Part shown: piece after piece, positions 1-13,605 of the stretch | How the letters are laid out: each line of letters starts with the position of its first letter | Position numbering within the stretch: position 1 is the first letter of the stretch | Sequence record: MT782071.1 | Reading direction: 5' to 3' (one strand) | Length of the DNA: 64,000 bases | Source: Escherichia phage JN02 | Translations under genes and position numbers: made by a program | Notes under the pieces: model-generated | The model's input: only the letters and a program-made list of their open reading frames with translations | Databases searched by the model: none | What the model was told of the DNA's origin: nothing

Positions 1-287
1 ATTCCACAGGAATTAAGGGTTCTGTAAACACATTAAATACTCTTATAAATGGCACCAACCCAAATGGTTCGACTGTTGAAGAACGCGGTATATTGCCTAC
101 AGTTAAAAGTCATGATACGACAATTAATGGTTTAACTTCTAGAATTGCTACTCTTGAAACTGATTTGGCCGCTGCAGAAGCTGAAATCCAAACTCTTAAG
201 GACGCTGGATATATTGAAGATGCTCCTTCAGACGGTAAATTCTATGTTCGCAAAGATGGTGCATGGGTTGAACTTCCTACAGCTTAA
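1..287 (+). CDS. wac: fibritin (whisker), C-terminal part; 5' end lies upstream of window
   Basis: Open in frame from the window edge (frame of nt 3). C-terminus GYIEDAPSDGKFYVRKDGAWVELPTA matches the T4 fibritin foldon. Confidence 0.9.
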   Translation, partial: STGIKGSVNTLNTLINGTNPNGSTVEERGILPTVKSHDTTINGLTSRIATLETDLAAAEAEIQTLKDAGYIEDAPSDGKFYVRKDGAWVELPTA

Positions 288-293
288 TGAAAA

Positions 294-307
294 GGGCCTT
301 CGGGCCC
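294..307 (+). terminator. GGGCC-UUCG-GGCCC stem-loop after wac (weak U-run; terminator or stability hairpin)
   Basis: Perfect 5-bp GC stem with UUCG tetraloop directly after the wac stop. Confidence 0.4.
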
Positions 308-319
308 TAAAGGATTTAT

Positions 320-1246
320 ATGTCAGGTTATAATGCACAAAACCCTAAAGAATTAAAGGATGTAATATTACGTCGTTTAGGCGCTCCTATTGTAAATGTT
401 GAATTAACTACAGATCAAATTTATGATTGTATTTCACGAGCGTTAGAACTTTATGGCGAATACCATTTTGACGGGTTGAATAAAGGTTTCCATGTATTTT
501 TTGTTGATGACGAAGAAAAATACCGTCACGGCGTATTTGATATGCGTGGTTCTAACGTATTTGCTGTAACAAGAATTATAAGAACAAACGTTGGCTCTAT
601 TACTTCAATGGATGGTAATGCAACTTATCCATGGTTCACTGATTTCCTTTTAGGAATGGCCGGTGTTTCAGGTGGTATGGGTAGTAATTGCGGTAAATTC
701 TACGGTCCGAACGCTTTTGGCGCTGATCTCGGGTATTATTCTCAATTAGTATCTTATATGGGTATGCTTCAAGATATGATTGCTCCTCTTCCAGATTTTT
801 GGTTTAACTCTGCAAACGAGCAATTAAAAGTAATGGGTAACTTTAGACAGAAAGATGTCATTATCGTTGAATCGTATGTTCGCTCTTATATCGAGACCCA
901 TAAGATGGTAGGAAATACAGTAGGGTACGGTCAAGTAGGTCCTCGTGATTCATGGTCTATTTCTGAACGTTATGATAATCCGGACCATAATTTGGTCGGA
1001 CGTCGAGTTGGTGAAGATCCTGCAACTAAACAAGGCGCATATAACAACCGCTGGGTTAAAGATTATGCAACTGCATTAGCTAAAGAGCTTAATGGACAAA
1101 TTCTTGCTAAACATCAAGGTATGATGTTACCCGGTGGTGTCACTGTTGATGGTGTTCGATTAATTGAAGAAGCTCGTTTAGAGAAAGAAGCTTTACGAGA
1201 AGAGTTATATTTACTGGACCCTCCTGCAGGTATTTTGGTAGGTTAA
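320..1246 (+). CDS. 13: neck protein gp13
   Basis: 308 aa (T4 gp13 about 309 aa); position between wac and 14. Confidence 0.85.
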   Translation: MSGYNAQNPKELKDVILRRLGAPIVNVELTTDQIYDCISRALELYGEYHFDGLNKGFHVFFVDDEEKYRHGVFDMRGSNVFAVTRIIRTNVGSITSMDGNATYPWFTDFLLGMAGVSGGMGSNCGKFYGPNAFGADLGYYSQLVSYMGMLQDMIAPLPDFWFNSANEQLKVMGNFRQKDVIIVESYVRSYIETHKMVGNTVGYGQVGPRDSWSISERYDNPDHNLVGRRVGEDPATKQGAYNNRWVKDYATALAKELNGQILAKHQGMMLPGGVTVDGVRLIEEARLEKEALREELYLLDPPAGILVG

Positions 1247-1247
1247 T

Positions 1248-2012
1248 ATGGCAACTTATGATAAAAATCTTTTCGCCAAACTAGAAAATCGTGGTGGGTA
1301 TTCTCAGACAAATGAGACTGAAATTCTCAATCCATTTGTCAATTTTAATAACTATGAGAATAGTCAGACATTAGCCGATGTTCTAGTGGCAGAAAGCATA
1401 CAGATGCGCGGTATTGAATGTTTTTATGTTCCACGTGAATATGTTGCCGTGGACCTTATCTTTGGTGAGGACCTTAAAAATAAATTTACTAAAGCATGGA
1501 AATTTGCTGCATATCTGAACTCTTTTGAAGGTTATGAAGGAGCGAAATCGTTCTTCAGCAACTTCGGAATGCAAGTTCAAGACGAAGTTACATTATCTAT
1601 TAACCCAGGTCTTTTCAAACACCAGGTCAACAATCAGGAGCCTAAGGAAGGTGATTTAATATACTTCCCAATGGACAACAGTTTGTTTGAGATTAACTGG
1701 GTTGAACCATATGACCCATTCTATCAAGTAGGTAAAAATGCGATTCGTAAAATTACTGCAGGCAAGTTTATTTACTCTGGTGAAGAAATCAATCCGGTGC
1801 TTCAGAAAAATGAAGGTATCAATATACCTGAATTTAGTGACTTGGAACTTAACCCTGTTAGAAATCTTGACGGTATCCATGACATTAATATCGATGAATA
1901 TTCTGAAGTTGAGCAAATCAATTCAGAGGCAAGTGAATACGTTGAGCCGTACGTAGTAGTTAACAACCGTGGTAGACAAAATTCACCATTTGACGATGGG
2001 TTTATGAATTAA
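1248..2012 (+). CDS. 14: neck protein gp14
   Basis: 254 aa; start 1 nt after the gene 13 stop; T4 synteny. Confidence 0.85.
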   Translation: MATYDKNLFAKLENRGGYSQTNETEILNPFVNFNNYENSQTLADVLVAESIQMRGIECFYVPREYVAVDLIFGEDLKNKFTKAWKFAAYLNSFEGYEGAKSFFSNFGMQVQDEVTLSINPGLFKHQVNNQEPKEGDLIYFPMDNSLFEINWVEPYDPFYQVGKNAIRKITAGKFIYSGEEINPVLQKNEGINIPEFSDLELNPVRNLDGIHDINIDEYSEVEQINSEASEYVEPYVVVNNRGRQNSPFDDGFMN

Positions 2013-2061
2013 TAAATAGATAAGATAAAGCAAACACCGGTCGAAAGGCCGGTTAGGAGAA

Positions 2062-2886
2062 ATGATGTTTGGTTATTTTTACAACTCGTCGTTCAGGCGA
2101 TATATCACAATGATGGGCGATTTGTTTTCAAATATCCAAGTTAACCGTCAATTGTCTACAGGCAATAAATTAATTAGAGTTCCTATTACGTATGCATCTA
2201 AAGAGCACTTTATGATGAAACTTAATAAATGGACCTCTATAAACTCACAAGAAGATGTGGCTAAAGTCGAAACTATTCTACCACGTATAAATCTCCAAAT
2301 GGTAGATTTCGTTTATAACCCAACGTTTAAAACGAATATATTGAATAACTCTCTTTTGAGTAAATCGACTAAGGATATTGTAGACCAATACAACCCATCA
2401 CCAATTAAAATGATTTTTGAACTGAGCATCTTTACTCGTTATGAAGATGATATGTTCCAAATCGTTGAGCAAATTATTCCATATTTTCAGCCGCATTTTA
2501 ATACGACTATGATTGAGCAATATGGGCAGGATATTCCATTTGAAAGGGATATTAAAGTCGTATGGATGGCGGCCGCAATGGATGAACAAATAGACGGTGA
2601 TAATTTATCTCGTCGACGTTTAGAGTGGTCATTAACATTTGAAGTAAATGGATGGATGTATCCTCCGGTAGGCGCAGCTGAAGGCCTTATTAAAACGACT
2701 TATCTTGATTTTCATGCTAATGAACGAGACCTTCAAACAGCCGCCAGCGTTTTTGAATCAGTTGATACAGAAATTAAACCGAGAGACGTTGAAGCACAAG
2801 ATTGGAATGGTGAAGTTGAACAAACTTATACTCATGATATTCCAATCCCGACTCCACCAACCCCTCCTGGTCCTAGAAAACAATAA
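2062..2886 (+). CDS. 15: tail sheath stabiliser / tail completion protein gp15
   Basis: 274 aa (T4 gp15 about 272 aa); synteny. Confidence 0.85.
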   Translation: MMFGYFYNSSFRRYITMMGDLFSNIQVNRQLSTGNKLIRVPITYASKEHFMMKLNKWTSINSQEDVAKVETILPRINLQMVDFVYNPTFKTNILNNSLLSKSTKDIVDQYNPSPIKMIFELSIFTRYEDDMFQIVEQIIPYFQPHFNTTMIEQYGQDIPFERDIKVVWMAAAMDEQIDGDNLSRRRLEWSLTFEVNGWMYPPVGAAEGLIKTTYLDFHANERDLQTAASVFESVDTEIKPRDVEAQDWNGEVEQTYTHDIPIPTPPTPPGPRKQ

Positions 2887-5212
<2,326 letters not shown>

Positions 5213-5239
5213 AAATAAAGCAAATTAAGAGGAATTAAA

Positions 5240-7222
5240 ATGGCACTTCTCTCTCCGGGCGTTGAGCTCAAAGAAACTACCGTACAGAGTACTGTAGTTA
5301 ATAACTCCACTGGTACTGCTGCCCTGGCTGGAAAATTCCAATGGGGACCGGCATTCCAGATTAAACAAATCACTGATGAAGTTTCATTAGTTGATATGTT
5401 TGGTACTCCTAATACGGATACAGCAGATTATTTCATGTCTGCTATGAACTTCCTTCAGTATGGTAATGACCTTCGTGTTGTACGCGCAGTTGATCGTGAT
5501 ACTGCTAAGAACTCATCTCCTGTAGCAGGCAATATTGAATTCACAATCTCTGCTGCTGGTAGTAACTATGCAGTCGGTGATAAAATTATCGTTAAGTATT
5601 TGACCGAAACTGTTGAAGCAGATGGTTATGTCACTTCAGTTGATGTCGATGGTAAAATTCTTAACATTTATATCCCAACCGGTAAAATTATTGCTCGTGC
5701 AAAAGAAATTAATGAATATCCGGCATTGGGTTCTAACTGGACCGCCGAAGTTGCCAGTTCTTCTTCTGGTCTCTCTGGCGTTATTACAATTGGTTCTATC
5801 GTAACCGATTCGGGTATTCTGTTAACTGAAGTTGAAACTTCTGAAGAAGCTATTACTTCTCTAACTTTCCAAGAATCTATTAAAAAATACGGTGTCCCGG
5901 GCGTAGTTGCTCTTTATCCTGGTGAACTTGGCGACCAGATCGAAATTGAAATCGTATCTAAAGCAGACTATGACAAAGGTGCTTCAGCCCAGTTAAAAAT
6001 TTATCCTGATGGTGGTACTCGTGCATCTACGGCTAAAGCAATCTTTGGGTATGGTCCACAAACTGATGACCAATATGCAATTATCGTTCGTCGTAACGAT
6101 GCAGTAGTTCAGAGCGTAGTTCTTTCTACTAAACGTGGTGAACGCGATATCTATGGTAGTAATATCTTTATTGATGATTTCTTTGCTAAAGGCGCAAGCA
6201 ATTATATTTTCGCTACAGCACAAGGTTGGCCAAAAGGTTTCTCTGGCGTAATCAAACTGGGTGGTGGCTTATCATCTAATGAAACAGTTGACGCTGGTGA
6301 TTTAATGGAAGCTTGGGATTTGTTTGCCGACCGCGAATCTGTTAATGCGCAGTTGTTTATTGCCGGTTCTTGTGCAGGTGAATCTTTAGAAGTTGCTTCT
6401 ACAGTTCAGAAACATGTTGTAGCAATTGGTGATTCTCGCCAAGATTGTTTGGTTCTTTGCTCACCGCCACGTGCAACTATAGTCGGTATTCCTGTTAATC
6501 GTGCAGTTGATAATCTGGTTGATTGGCGTACTGCGTCAGGAACTTACACTGATAATAACTTTAATGTAAGTTCTACTTATGCTGCTATTGACGGTAACTA
6601 TAAATATCAATATGACAAATATAATGACGTGAATCGTTGGGTTCCATTAGCTGCTGATATTGCTGGTCTTTGTGCTCGCACAGACAATATTTCTCAGCCT
6701 TGGATGTCTCCTGCCGGTTATAACCGTGGACAAATTCTTAACGTTATTAAGCTTGCAATTGAAACTCGCCAAGCGCAGCGTGATCGTTTGTATCAGGAAG
6801 CTATTAACCCTGTTACTGGTACCGGTGGTGATGGGTATGTTCTGTACGGTGATAAAACTGCCACGTCTGTTCCTTCACCATTTGACCGTATTAACGTTCG
6901 TCGTTTGTTCAATATGGTTAAAACGAACATTGGATCAGCATCTAAATATCGCCTGTTTGAATTGAACAACGCATTTACCCGTTCTTCTTTCCGTACAGAG
7001 ACTTCTCAATATCTACAGGGTATTAAAGCTCTCGGTGGTGTATATAACTTTAAAGTTGTTTGTGATACTACCAATAACACCCCAGCAGTTATCGACCGTA
7101 ATGAATTTGTAGCTACTTTCTACTTACAACCTGCCCGCTCGATAAATTATATTACGTTGAACTTTGTAGCAACAGCAACTGGTGCCGATTTCGACGAACT
7201 AATTGGTGCTGTAGGTGGCTAA
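5240..7222 (+). CDS. 18: tail sheath protein
   Basis: 660 aa (T4 gp18 659 aa); synteny; preceded by a late promoter. Confidence 0.95.
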   Translation: MALLSPGVELKETTVQSTVVNNSTGTAALAGKFQWGPAFQIKQITDEVSLVDMFGTPNTDTADYFMSAMNFLQYGNDLRVVRAVDRDTAKNSSPVAGNIEFTISAAGSNYAVGDKIIVKYLTETVEADGYVTSVDVDGKILNIYIPTGKIIARAKEINEYPALGSNWTAEVASSSSGLSGVITIGSIVTDSGILLTEVETSEEAITSLTFQESIKKYGVPGVVALYPGELGDQIEIEIVSKADYDKGASAQLKIYPDGGTRASTAKAIFGYGPQTDDQYAIIVRRNDAVVQSVVLSTKRGERDIYGSNIFIDDFFAKGASNYIFATAQGWPKGFSGVIKLGGGLSSNETVDAGDLMEAWDLFADRESVNAQLFIAGSCAGESLEVASTVQKHVVAIGDSRQDCLVLCSPPRATIVGIPVNRAVDNLVDWRTASGTYTDNNFNVSSTYAAIDGNYKYQYDKYNDVNRWVPLAADIAGLCARTDNISQPWMSPAGYNRGQILNVIKLAIETRQAQRDRLYQEAINPVTGTGGDGYVLYGDKTATSVPSPFDRINVRRLFNMVKTNIGSASKYRLFELNNAFTRSSFRTETSQYLQGIKALGGVYNFKVVCDTTNNTPAVIDRNEFVATFYLQPARSINYITLNFVATATGADFDELIGAVGG

Positions 7223-7233
7223 TAAGACGCCTG

Positions 7234-7262
7234 ATGGGCTATTTCGGTAGCCCATATAAATA
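7234..7262 (+). promoter_or_regulatory. stem-loop (UGGGCUA/UAGCCCA) abutting late promoter TATAAATA for gene 19
   Basis: 7-bp inverted repeat followed immediately by TATAAATA at about 7255-7262. Confidence 0.5.
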
Positions 7263-7335
7263 TAACCATATCGTTTAAAAATTAATTCTATGGGCATCTG
7301 GTTAATCCTAAGCCCATATTACTACAGAGGCTAAT

Positions 7336-7827
7336 ATGTTTGTAGATGACGTAACTCGTGCCTTCGAATCAGGTGATTTCGCTCGCCCTAACCTGTTCGA
7401 AGTAGAAATCTCTTATCTTGGGCAAAACTTTAGCTTCCAGTGTCGTGCTACGGCTCTTCCTGCTGCGATCGTTGAAAAGGTTCCTGTTTCTTATATGAAC
7501 CGTAAAATTAACGTGGCTGGTGATCGTACATTCGATGATTGGACTATTACAGTAATGAATGATGATGCTCATAGCATTCGTCAGAAATTTGTTGATTGGC
7601 AAGGTATTGCAGCAGGACAAGGTAATGAAATTACCGGTGGTAAACCTGCCGAATATAAAAAGACCGCTATCGTTCGTCAATTTGCTCGTGATGCTAAAAC
7701 GGTCACTAAAGAAGTTGAAATTGTTGGCTTGTGGCCTACTAACGTTGGTGAAGTATCTCTTGACTGGGACAGCAATAACGAGATTGAAACGTTCGAAGTA
7801 ACTCTTGCTCTTGATTGGTGGGAATAA
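7336..7827 (+). CDS. 19: tail tube protein
   Basis: 163 aa, same length as T4 gp19; synteny. Confidence 0.95.
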   Translation: MFVDDVTRAFESGDFARPNLFEVEISYLGQNFSFQCRATALPAAIVEKVPVSYMNRKINVAGDRTFDDWTITVMNDDAHSIRQKFVDWQGIAAGQGNEITGGKPAEYKKTAIVRQFARDAKTVTKEVEIVGLWPTNVGEVSLDWDSNNEIETFEVTLALDWWE

Positions 7828-7834
7828 TCTGGTT

Positions 7835-7883
7835 GGGGAGAAATCCCCAGCTTCCCGTGATGACGGAGAAGTCCATATAAATA
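7835..7883 (+). promoter_or_regulatory. GGGGA-GAAA-UCCCC hairpin followed by late promoter TATAAATA for gene 20
   Basis: GNRA-loop hairpin at about 7835-7848; TATAAATA at about 7876-7883, 29 nt before the gene 20 ATG. Confidence 0.5.
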
Positions 7884-7911
7884 TAACTATAATTCCCATT
7901 CGGAGAATACA

Positions 7912-9483
7912 ATGAAATTTAATATCTTAAGTTTGTTTGCTCCATGGGCAAAAATGGACGAACGTGATTACAAAGACCAAGAAAAAGAAAATTTAGAATC
8001 GATCACCACACCAAAATTGGACGATGGCGCTAAAGAATACGAAGTATCTGAAAATGAAGCACAGCAAACATATAATGCTATGTTTCAGAGAATGTTCGGT
8101 AGTCAAGAACCAGGGCTCAAATCAACCCGTGAATTAATCGATACGTATCGAAATTTGATGACGAACTATGAAGTGGATAACGCGGTCTCTGAAATAGTTT
8201 CCGATGCTATCGTATATGAAGATGATACAGAAGTCGTTTCTATAAATTTAGACAACACAAAATTTAGTCCAAATATCAAATCAATGATGTTGGATGAATT
8301 TAACGAAGTGTTAAATCATTTATCTTTCCAACGTAAAGGTTCAGATCATTTTAGACGTTGGTATGTGGATTCTCGAATTTTCTTCCATAAAATTATTGAC
8401 CCTAAACGCCCTAAAGAAGGTATTAAAGAGCTTCGTCGTTTAGACCCACGTCAAGTTCAATATGTCCGTGAAGTTATTACAACCACTGAAGCCGGTGTTA
8501 AAATAGTCAAGGGTTATAAAGAATATTTCATTTATGACACATCACACGAATCTTATGCTTGTGATGGCCGCATATATGAAGCTGGCACAAAAATAAAAAT
8601 CCCTAAAGCTGCGATTGTTTATGCCCATTCCGGTTTAGTTGATTGTTGTGGTAAAAATATCATCGGTTATTTGCATCGGGCTATTAAGCCAGCGAACCAA
8701 TTAAAACTTCTTGAAGATGCCGTTGTAATTTATCGTATTACTCGTGCTCCCGATCGTCGTGTATGGTACGTTGATACAGGTAATATGCCTTCAAGAAAAG
8801 CAGCAGAACATATGCAACATGTTATGAATACGATGAAAAACCGTATTGCATATGATGCTACTACAGGCAAGATTAAAAACCAGCAGCATATTATGTCGAT
8901 GACCGAAGATTATTGGTTACAACGACGTGATGGTAAAGCAGTAACAGAAGTTGACACATTACCAGGTGCAGATAATACCGGAAATATGGAAGATGTACGT
9001 TGGTTCCGTAATGCGCTTTATATGGCTTTACGTATTCCTATTACCCGTATTCCAAGTGACCAAGGTGGTATACAGTTTGATGCTGGTACTTCTATTACAC
9101 GAGATGAATTGTCATTTGGTAAATTTATTCGTGAGCTGCAACATAAATTTGAAGAGATATTCCTAGACCCGCTTAAAACTAATTTAATTCTTAAAGGAAT
9201 TATTACAGAAGATGAGTGGAATGATGAAATAAATAATATTAAGATAAAATTTCATCGGGATAGTTATTTCTCGGAATTAAAGGATGCTGAGATTCTGGAG
9301 CGTCGCATTAATATGCTTCAGATGGCCGAACCATTTATTGGTAAATATATTTCTCACAGAACAGCTATGAAAGATATTCTTCAGATGTCTGACGAGGAAA
9401 TTGAACAAGAGGCTAAGCAAATTGAAGAAGAGTCGAAAGAGGCTCGTTTCCAAGACCCCGACCAAGAACAAGAGGATTTTTAA
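7912..9483 (+). CDS. 20: portal protein
   Basis: 523 aa (T4 gp20 524 aa); synteny. Confidence 0.95.
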   Translation: MKFNILSLFAPWAKMDERDYKDQEKENLESITTPKLDDGAKEYEVSENEAQQTYNAMFQRMFGSQEPGLKSTRELIDTYRNLMTNYEVDNAVSEIVSDAIVYEDDTEVVSINLDNTKFSPNIKSMMLDEFNEVLNHLSFQRKGSDHFRRWYVDSRIFFHKIIDPKRPKEGIKELRRLDPRQVQYVREVITTTEAGVKIVKGYKEYFIYDTSHESYACDGRIYEAGTKIKIPKAAIVYAHSGLVDCCGKNIIGYLHRAIKPANQLKLLEDAVVIYRITRAPDRRVWYVDTGNMPSRKAAEHMQHVMNTMKNRIAYDATTGKIKNQQHIMSMTEDYWLQRRDGKAVTEVDTLPGADNTGNMEDVRWFRNALYMALRIPITRIPSDQGGIQFDAGTSITRDELSFGKFIRELQHKFEEIFLDPLKTNLILKGIITEDEWNDEINNIKIKFHRDSYFSELKDAEILERRINMLQMAEPFIGKYISHRTAMKDILQMSDEEIEQEAKQIEEESKEARFQDPDQEQEDF

Positions 9484-9719
9484 TGGACGATTTAATTCAA
9501 GCTATTAAATCAAACGACCTCGTTGCTACTCGAAAGTTTTTTGAAAGTGCAATGGCAGAAAAAACGGTTCGTTTGATTGAAGCACGCAAAGCAGAAATCG
9601 CTTCTCAATTTTTGATTGAAGGCGAAGAACCTGAAGAAGAAAAGAAAGCTAAAGCTTCGGAAGATGACGCTGATGAAGGCGATGACGACGAAGACGAAGA
9701 TGATGAGGACGATGAATAA
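9483..9719 (+). CDS. 67: prohead core protein gp67
   Basis: 78 aa with poly-acidic C-terminus ([12 protein letters not shown]); TAATG overlap with the gene 20 stop. Confidence 0.8.
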   Translation: MDDLIQAIKSNDLVATRKFFESAMAEKTVRLIEARKAEIASQFLIEGEEPEEEKKAKASEDDADEGDDDEDEDDEDDE

Positions 9720-10144
9720 TGTATCTTATCCCTGAATCTTATGAATTGGTACTCGAAAATGTCGAAGCACTTATTCCTGAAGCACAGGGCCGAATCGATG
9801 CATTGTCTTCTGCTCTCGATATTGACGATATAAATACTATTATCGAGAACATGCTTGAAACTGAAACGGATTTAGCTGTTGCAATGGCTTCCATTATTAA
9901 TGAAGAACAGTTAAATGAGTTTATCGTTAAACATGTTTCTTCTCGTGGTGAAGTCACCCGCACTAAAGACCGTAAAACTCGTGAACGTAACGCGTTCCAA
10001 ACAACTGGTCTTTCTAAAGCAAAACGTAGACAAATCGCTCGTAAGGTCGTTAAAGCTAAAAAAGCTAACCCTTCAGGCCAAGTTAAAGGCTTGCGTAAGC
10101 GTAAAAAAGCTCTTAAACGTCGTAAAGCATTAGGATTAAGCTAA
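9719..10144 (+). CDS. 68: prohead core protein gp68
   Basis: 141 aa, same as T4 gp68; TAATG coupling on both sides. Confidence 0.8.
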   Translation: MYLIPESYELVLENVEALIPEAQGRIDALSSALDIDDINTIIENMLETETDLAVAMASIINEEQLNEFIVKHVSSRGEVTRTKDRKTRERNAFQTTGLSKAKRRQIARKVVKAKKANPSGQVKGLRKRKKALKRRKALGLS

Positions 10145-10785
10145 TGAATAAACCCGAGTTACTTATTGAAACTTGGGGTCAACCCGGTGAGATTATTGAT
10201 GGCGTTCCAATGTTGGAATCTCATGATGGAAAAGATTCTGGCTTAAAACCAGGGCTTTATATAGAAGGTATTTTTCTTCAGGCAGAGGTTGTTAACCGAA
10301 ATAAACGTTTATATCCTAAACGCGTTTTGGAAAAAGCAGTAAGTGACTATATTAAAGAACAAGTCGAAACCAAACAAGCCCTTGGAGAATTAAACCATCC
10401 ACCTCGTGCAAATGTTGACCCTATGCAAGCCGCTATCATTATTGAAGATATGTGGTGGAAAGGAAACGATGTATATGGACGTGCTAGAATTATTGAAGGC
10501 GACCATGGTCCCGGTGATAAATTAGCTGCTAATATACGAGCTGGTTGGATTCCAGGTGTTTCCTCTCGTGGTCTTGGTTCTTTAACCGACACCAATAAAG
10601 GGTACCGTATCGTGAACGAAGGATTTAAATTAACCGTCGGCGTAGATGCCGTATGGGGACCTTCTGCTCCAGATGCTTGGGTTACTCCTAAACAAATATC
10701 AGAATCAGAAAATTCGGTGGAAATCACCAAAAACAGTGCTGATGAAGCATTTAAAGCTCTCGCAGAGAGTTTAAAAGCATTATAA
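10144..10785 (+). CDS. 21: prohead core protease
   Basis: 213 aa (T4 gp21 212 aa); synteny. Confidence 0.9.
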   Translation: MNKPELLIETWGQPGEIIDGVPMLESHDGKDSGLKPGLYIEGIFLQAEVVNRNKRLYPKRVLEKAVSDYIKEQVETKQALGELNHPPRANVDPMQAAIIIEDMWWKGNDVYGRARIIEGDHGPGDKLAANIRAGWIPGVSSRGLGSLTDTNKGYRIVNEGFKLTVGVDAVWGPSAPDAWVTPKQISESENSVEITKNSADEAFKALAESLKAL

Positions 10786-10788
10786 ATA
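10781..10788 (+). promoter_or_regulatory. late promoter TATAAATA upstream of gene 22
   Basis: Exact TATAAATA overlapping the gene 21 stop, about 30 nt before the gene 22 ATG. Confidence 0.5.
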
Positions 10789-10818
10789 ATAATGTAATCT
10801 AAACCACAGGACACTAAA

Positions 10819-11631
10819 ATGATCAAAGAACAACTTTTGAAAGAAGCTCAGAATATCGAGACTTCAGTTGCTCTTAATAGTGTTTTCGAATCAGTAGAAC
10901 TGTCTCCGGACGTTAAAGCTAATTTCAGCACTGTATTCGAAGCCACCGTTAAGCAGGAAGCAGTCAAACTAGCTGAATCTCATATCAAAGCTATCGCCGA
11001 AAAAGCCGAAGAAGAAGTTGAAAAGGCTAAAGAAGATGCTGAAGAGAAAGCTGATAAAAAATTGGCTGAACAAGCTTCTAAATTCCTGGACCATCTTGCA
11101 AAAGAATGGCTCGCAGAAAACCAAATCGCAGTTGATAAAGGCATTAAAGCTGATTTGTTCGAATCCATGCTTGGTGGTCTGAAAGAACTGTTTGTTGAAC
11201 ATAACGTTGTTGTTCCAGAAGAATCTGTAGATGTTGTAGCAGAAATGGAAGAAGAGCTGGCCGAACATAAAGAAGAAACCGCTCGTTTGTTCGAAGAAGT
11301 TACCAAACGTGATGCATATATCAATTACGTTCAGCGTGAAACCGCTATTAATGAAAGCGTAAAAGACCTGACTGAATCTCAGAAAGAAAAAGTTATTGGC
11401 CTGGTTGAAGGTATGGATTATTCTGACGCATTTGGTACTAAGTTAACTGCTATTGTAGAAATGGTTAAAGGTTCTACTAAAGAAGAAGCCGCTATTACCG
11501 AAAGTATAAATACAGTTGACAATGACGCTGCCGGTCTTAATTTTGTTGCCGAAGCAGTTGACACTACCACAACTCAGGTAGAACAGAATTCTAATGTAAG
11601 TTTATATGCGAAAGTCGCATCTCGTTTCTAA
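10819..11631 (+). CDS. 22: prohead core scaffold protein
   Basis: 270 aa, E/K/A-rich coiled-coil composition; synteny. Confidence 0.9.
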   Translation: MIKEQLLKEAQNIETSVALNSVFESVELSPDVKANFSTVFEATVKQEAVKLAESHIKAIAEKAEEEVEKAKEDAEEKADKKLAEQASKFLDHLAKEWLAENQIAVDKGIKADLFESMLGGLKELFVEHNVVVPEESVDVVAEMEEELAEHKEETARLFEEVTKRDAYINYVQRETAINESVKDLTESQKEKVIGLVEGMDYSDAFGTKLTAIVEMVKGSTKEEAAITESINTVDNDAAGLNFVAEAVDTTTTQVEQNSNVSLYAKVASRF

Positions 11632-11648
11632 TTTAAAGGTTAACACAA

Positions 11649-13217
11649 ATGACTACTATCAAAACTAAAGCTCAGCTCGTAGACAAATGGAAAGAACTGC
11701 TGGAAGGTGAAGGCCTGCCGGAAATCGCTAATAGCAAGCAGGCTATTATCGCTAAAATCTTCGAAAACCAGGAAAAAGATTTCGAAGTATCCCCTGAATA
11801 TAAAGACGAGAAAATCGCTCAGGCATTTGGTTCTTTCTTGACCGAAGCTGAAATTGGTGGTGACCACGGTTATAATGCTCAGAACATCGCAGCAGGTCAA
11901 ACCTCTGGTGCAGTAACCCAAATTGGGCCAGCAGTTATGGGTATGGTTCGTCGTGCTATTCCTAATCTGATCGCTTTTGATATTTGTGGTGTTCAGCCTA
12001 TGAACAGCCCTACCGGTCAGGTATTTGCTCTCCGTGCAGTATATGGTAAAGACCCTATCGCTGCTGGCGCTAAAGAAGCTTTCCATCCGATGTATGCCCC
12101 AGACGCGATGTTCTCTGGTCAGGGTGCTGCTAAGAAATTCCCAGCTCTGGCTGCTGACACTACTACTGTTGTAGGTGATATCTATACTCACTTCTTCCAA
12201 GAAACTGGTACTGTATATCTGCAAGCTTCTGCTGTAGTAACACTTGATTCTGGTGCAACTGATGCAGCTAAATTAGATGCCGAAGTTAAGAAACACATGG
12301 AAGCTGGTGCACTGGTAGAAATCGCTGAAGGTATGGCTACTTCTATCGCTGAACTTCAGGAAGGCTTCAATGGTTCTACCGACAACCCGTGGAACGAAAT
12401 GGGCTTCCGTATCGACAAACAAGTTATTGAAGCTAAATCTCGCCAGCTGAAAGCTGCTTACTCCATCGAATTGGCACAAGACCTCCGTGCAGTACACGGT
12501 ATGGATGCTGATGCTGAACTGAGCGGTATTCTTGCTACTGAAATTATGCTAGAAATCAACCGTGAAGTTGTTGATTGGATTAACTACTCGGCACAGGTTG
12601 GTAAATCTGGTATGACCCTGACTCCGGGTTCTAAAGCTGGCGTATTTGACTTCCAGGACCCGATTGATATCCGTGGTGCTCGTTGGGCCGGTGAAAGCTT
12701 TAAATCTCTGTTGTTCCAGATTGATAAAGAAGCAGTTGAAATTGCTCGTCAAACCGGTCGTGGTGAAGGTAACTTCATTATCGCTTCCCGTAACGTAGTT
12801 AACGTACTGGCTTCAGTTGACACTGGTATTTCTTACGCTGCACAGGGTCTGGCTTCTGGTTTTAATACCGACACTACTAAGTCTGTATTTGCCGGTGTAC
12901 TTGGTGGTAAATACCGCGTATACATCGACCAGTATGCTAAACAGGATTACTTCACCGTTGGTTACAAAGGCGCTAACGAAATGGATGCAGGTATTTACTA
13001 TGCTCCTTACGTTGCACTTACCCCACTGCGTGGTTCCGATCCTAAGAACTTCCAGCCGGTAATGGGCTTTAAAACTCGTTACGGTATCGGTGTTAACCCG
13101 TTTGCTGAAAGTTCCCTGCAGGCTCCAGGTGCTCGCATCCAGTCCGGTATGCCGTCTATCCTGAACAGCCTTGGTAAGAACGCTTACTTCCGCCGTGTAT
13201 ATGTAAAAGGCATCTAA
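11649..13217 (+). CDS. 23: major capsid protein
   Basis: 522 aa; near-identical to T4 gp23 as recalled (MTTIKTKAQLVDKWKELLEGEGLPEIANSKQAIIAKIFENQEKDF...). Confidence 0.98.
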   Translation: MTTIKTKAQLVDKWKELLEGEGLPEIANSKQAIIAKIFENQEKDFEVSPEYKDEKIAQAFGSFLTEAEIGGDHGYNAQNIAAGQTSGAVTQIGPAVMGMVRRAIPNLIAFDICGVQPMNSPTGQVFALRAVYGKDPIAAGAKEAFHPMYAPDAMFSGQGAAKKFPALAADTTTVVGDIYTHFFQETGTVYLQASAVVTLDSGATDAAKLDAEVKKHMEAGALVEIAEGMATSIAELQEGFNGSTDNPWNEMGFRIDKQVIEAKSRQLKAAYSIELAQDLRAVHGMDADAELSGILATEIMLEINREVVDWINYSAQVGKSGMTLTPGSKAGVFDFQDPIDIRGARWAGESFKSLLFQIDKEAVEIARQTGRGEGNFIIASRNVVNVLASVDTGISYAAQGLASGFNTDTTKSVFAGVLGGKYRVYIDQYAKQDYFTVGYKGANEMDAGIYYAPYVALTPLRGSDPKNFQPVMGFKTRYGIGVNPFAESSLQAPGARIQSGMPSILNSLGKNAYFRRVYVKGI

Positions 13218-13241
13218 TCTTAATTGATTAAATCTTATTTT

Positions 13242-13267
13242 GGGAGACTTCGGTCTCCCTTTTTTGG
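13242..13267 (+). terminator. rho-independent terminator GGGAGAC-UUCG-GUCUCCC + U-run after gene 23
   Basis: Perfect 7-bp stem, UUCG tetraloop, then TTTTTTGG. Confidence 0.8.
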
Positions 13268-13269
13268 TT

Positions 13270-13539
13270 TTATTTCTGTGCAATTTCGATGTAAGTTTTC
13301 AAAATATTTTGCCAATTAGGCATACCTTCTTGGACATATGCCGGAGAGCCGTCTTTGTTTTTGAATGACGCAAGTTTATCAGTGGCCCAATAACCTTTAG
13401 CTCGAGCTTCAGAATCAACTTTCATCCATACTTTGTTGAAGGCATTACCATTAACTTTTGCACCATATTTTTCTACTAACTTAACTGCTTCAGCTTCTAG
13501 AACTTTTAAAGTATCTCGTAAGAAACGTGCTTTAGTCAT
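13270..13539 (-). CDS. hypothetical protein (89 aa), antisense to the capsid genes
   Basis: ATG preceded by GAGGAG; own sigma70-type early promoter upstream; occupies the 23-24 intergenic slot. Confidence 0.6.
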   Translation of the reverse strand: MTKARFLRDTLKVLEAEAVKLVEKYGAKVNGNAFNKVWMKVDSEARAKGYWATDKLASFKNKDGSPAYVQEGMPNWQNILKTYIEIAQK

Positions 13540-13569
13540 TTTGTTTACTCCTCTGTAGTTGATAAGTCT

Positions 13570-13600
13570 ATAGTATCACATACCAAATACGTTGTAAACA
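13570..13600 (-). promoter_or_regulatory. T4 early-type promoter (GTTTAC -35, 17-nt spacer, TGnTACTAT extended -10)
   Basis: Minus-strand tGTTTACAacgtatttggtatgTGATACTATagac; drives the 89-aa ORF. Confidence 0.6.
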
Positions 13601-13605
13601 ATCTT

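Noticed and set aside
9600-9719. Poly-acidic Asp/Glu runs at the C-termini of gp67 and uvsW.1, considered as possible low-complexity repeats or frameshift products
   Set aside because: Acidic tails are a native feature of these T4 proteins; the reading frames are continuous with proper stops.
11640-12224. 194-aa minus-strand ORF inside gene 23, with similar antisense ORFs at 10347-10826, 12813-13283 and 7369-7899
   Set aside because: They lie entirely antisense within highly conserved structural genes, have low-complexity Ser/Cys-rich translations and no RBS; they are by-products of codon bias on the coding strand.
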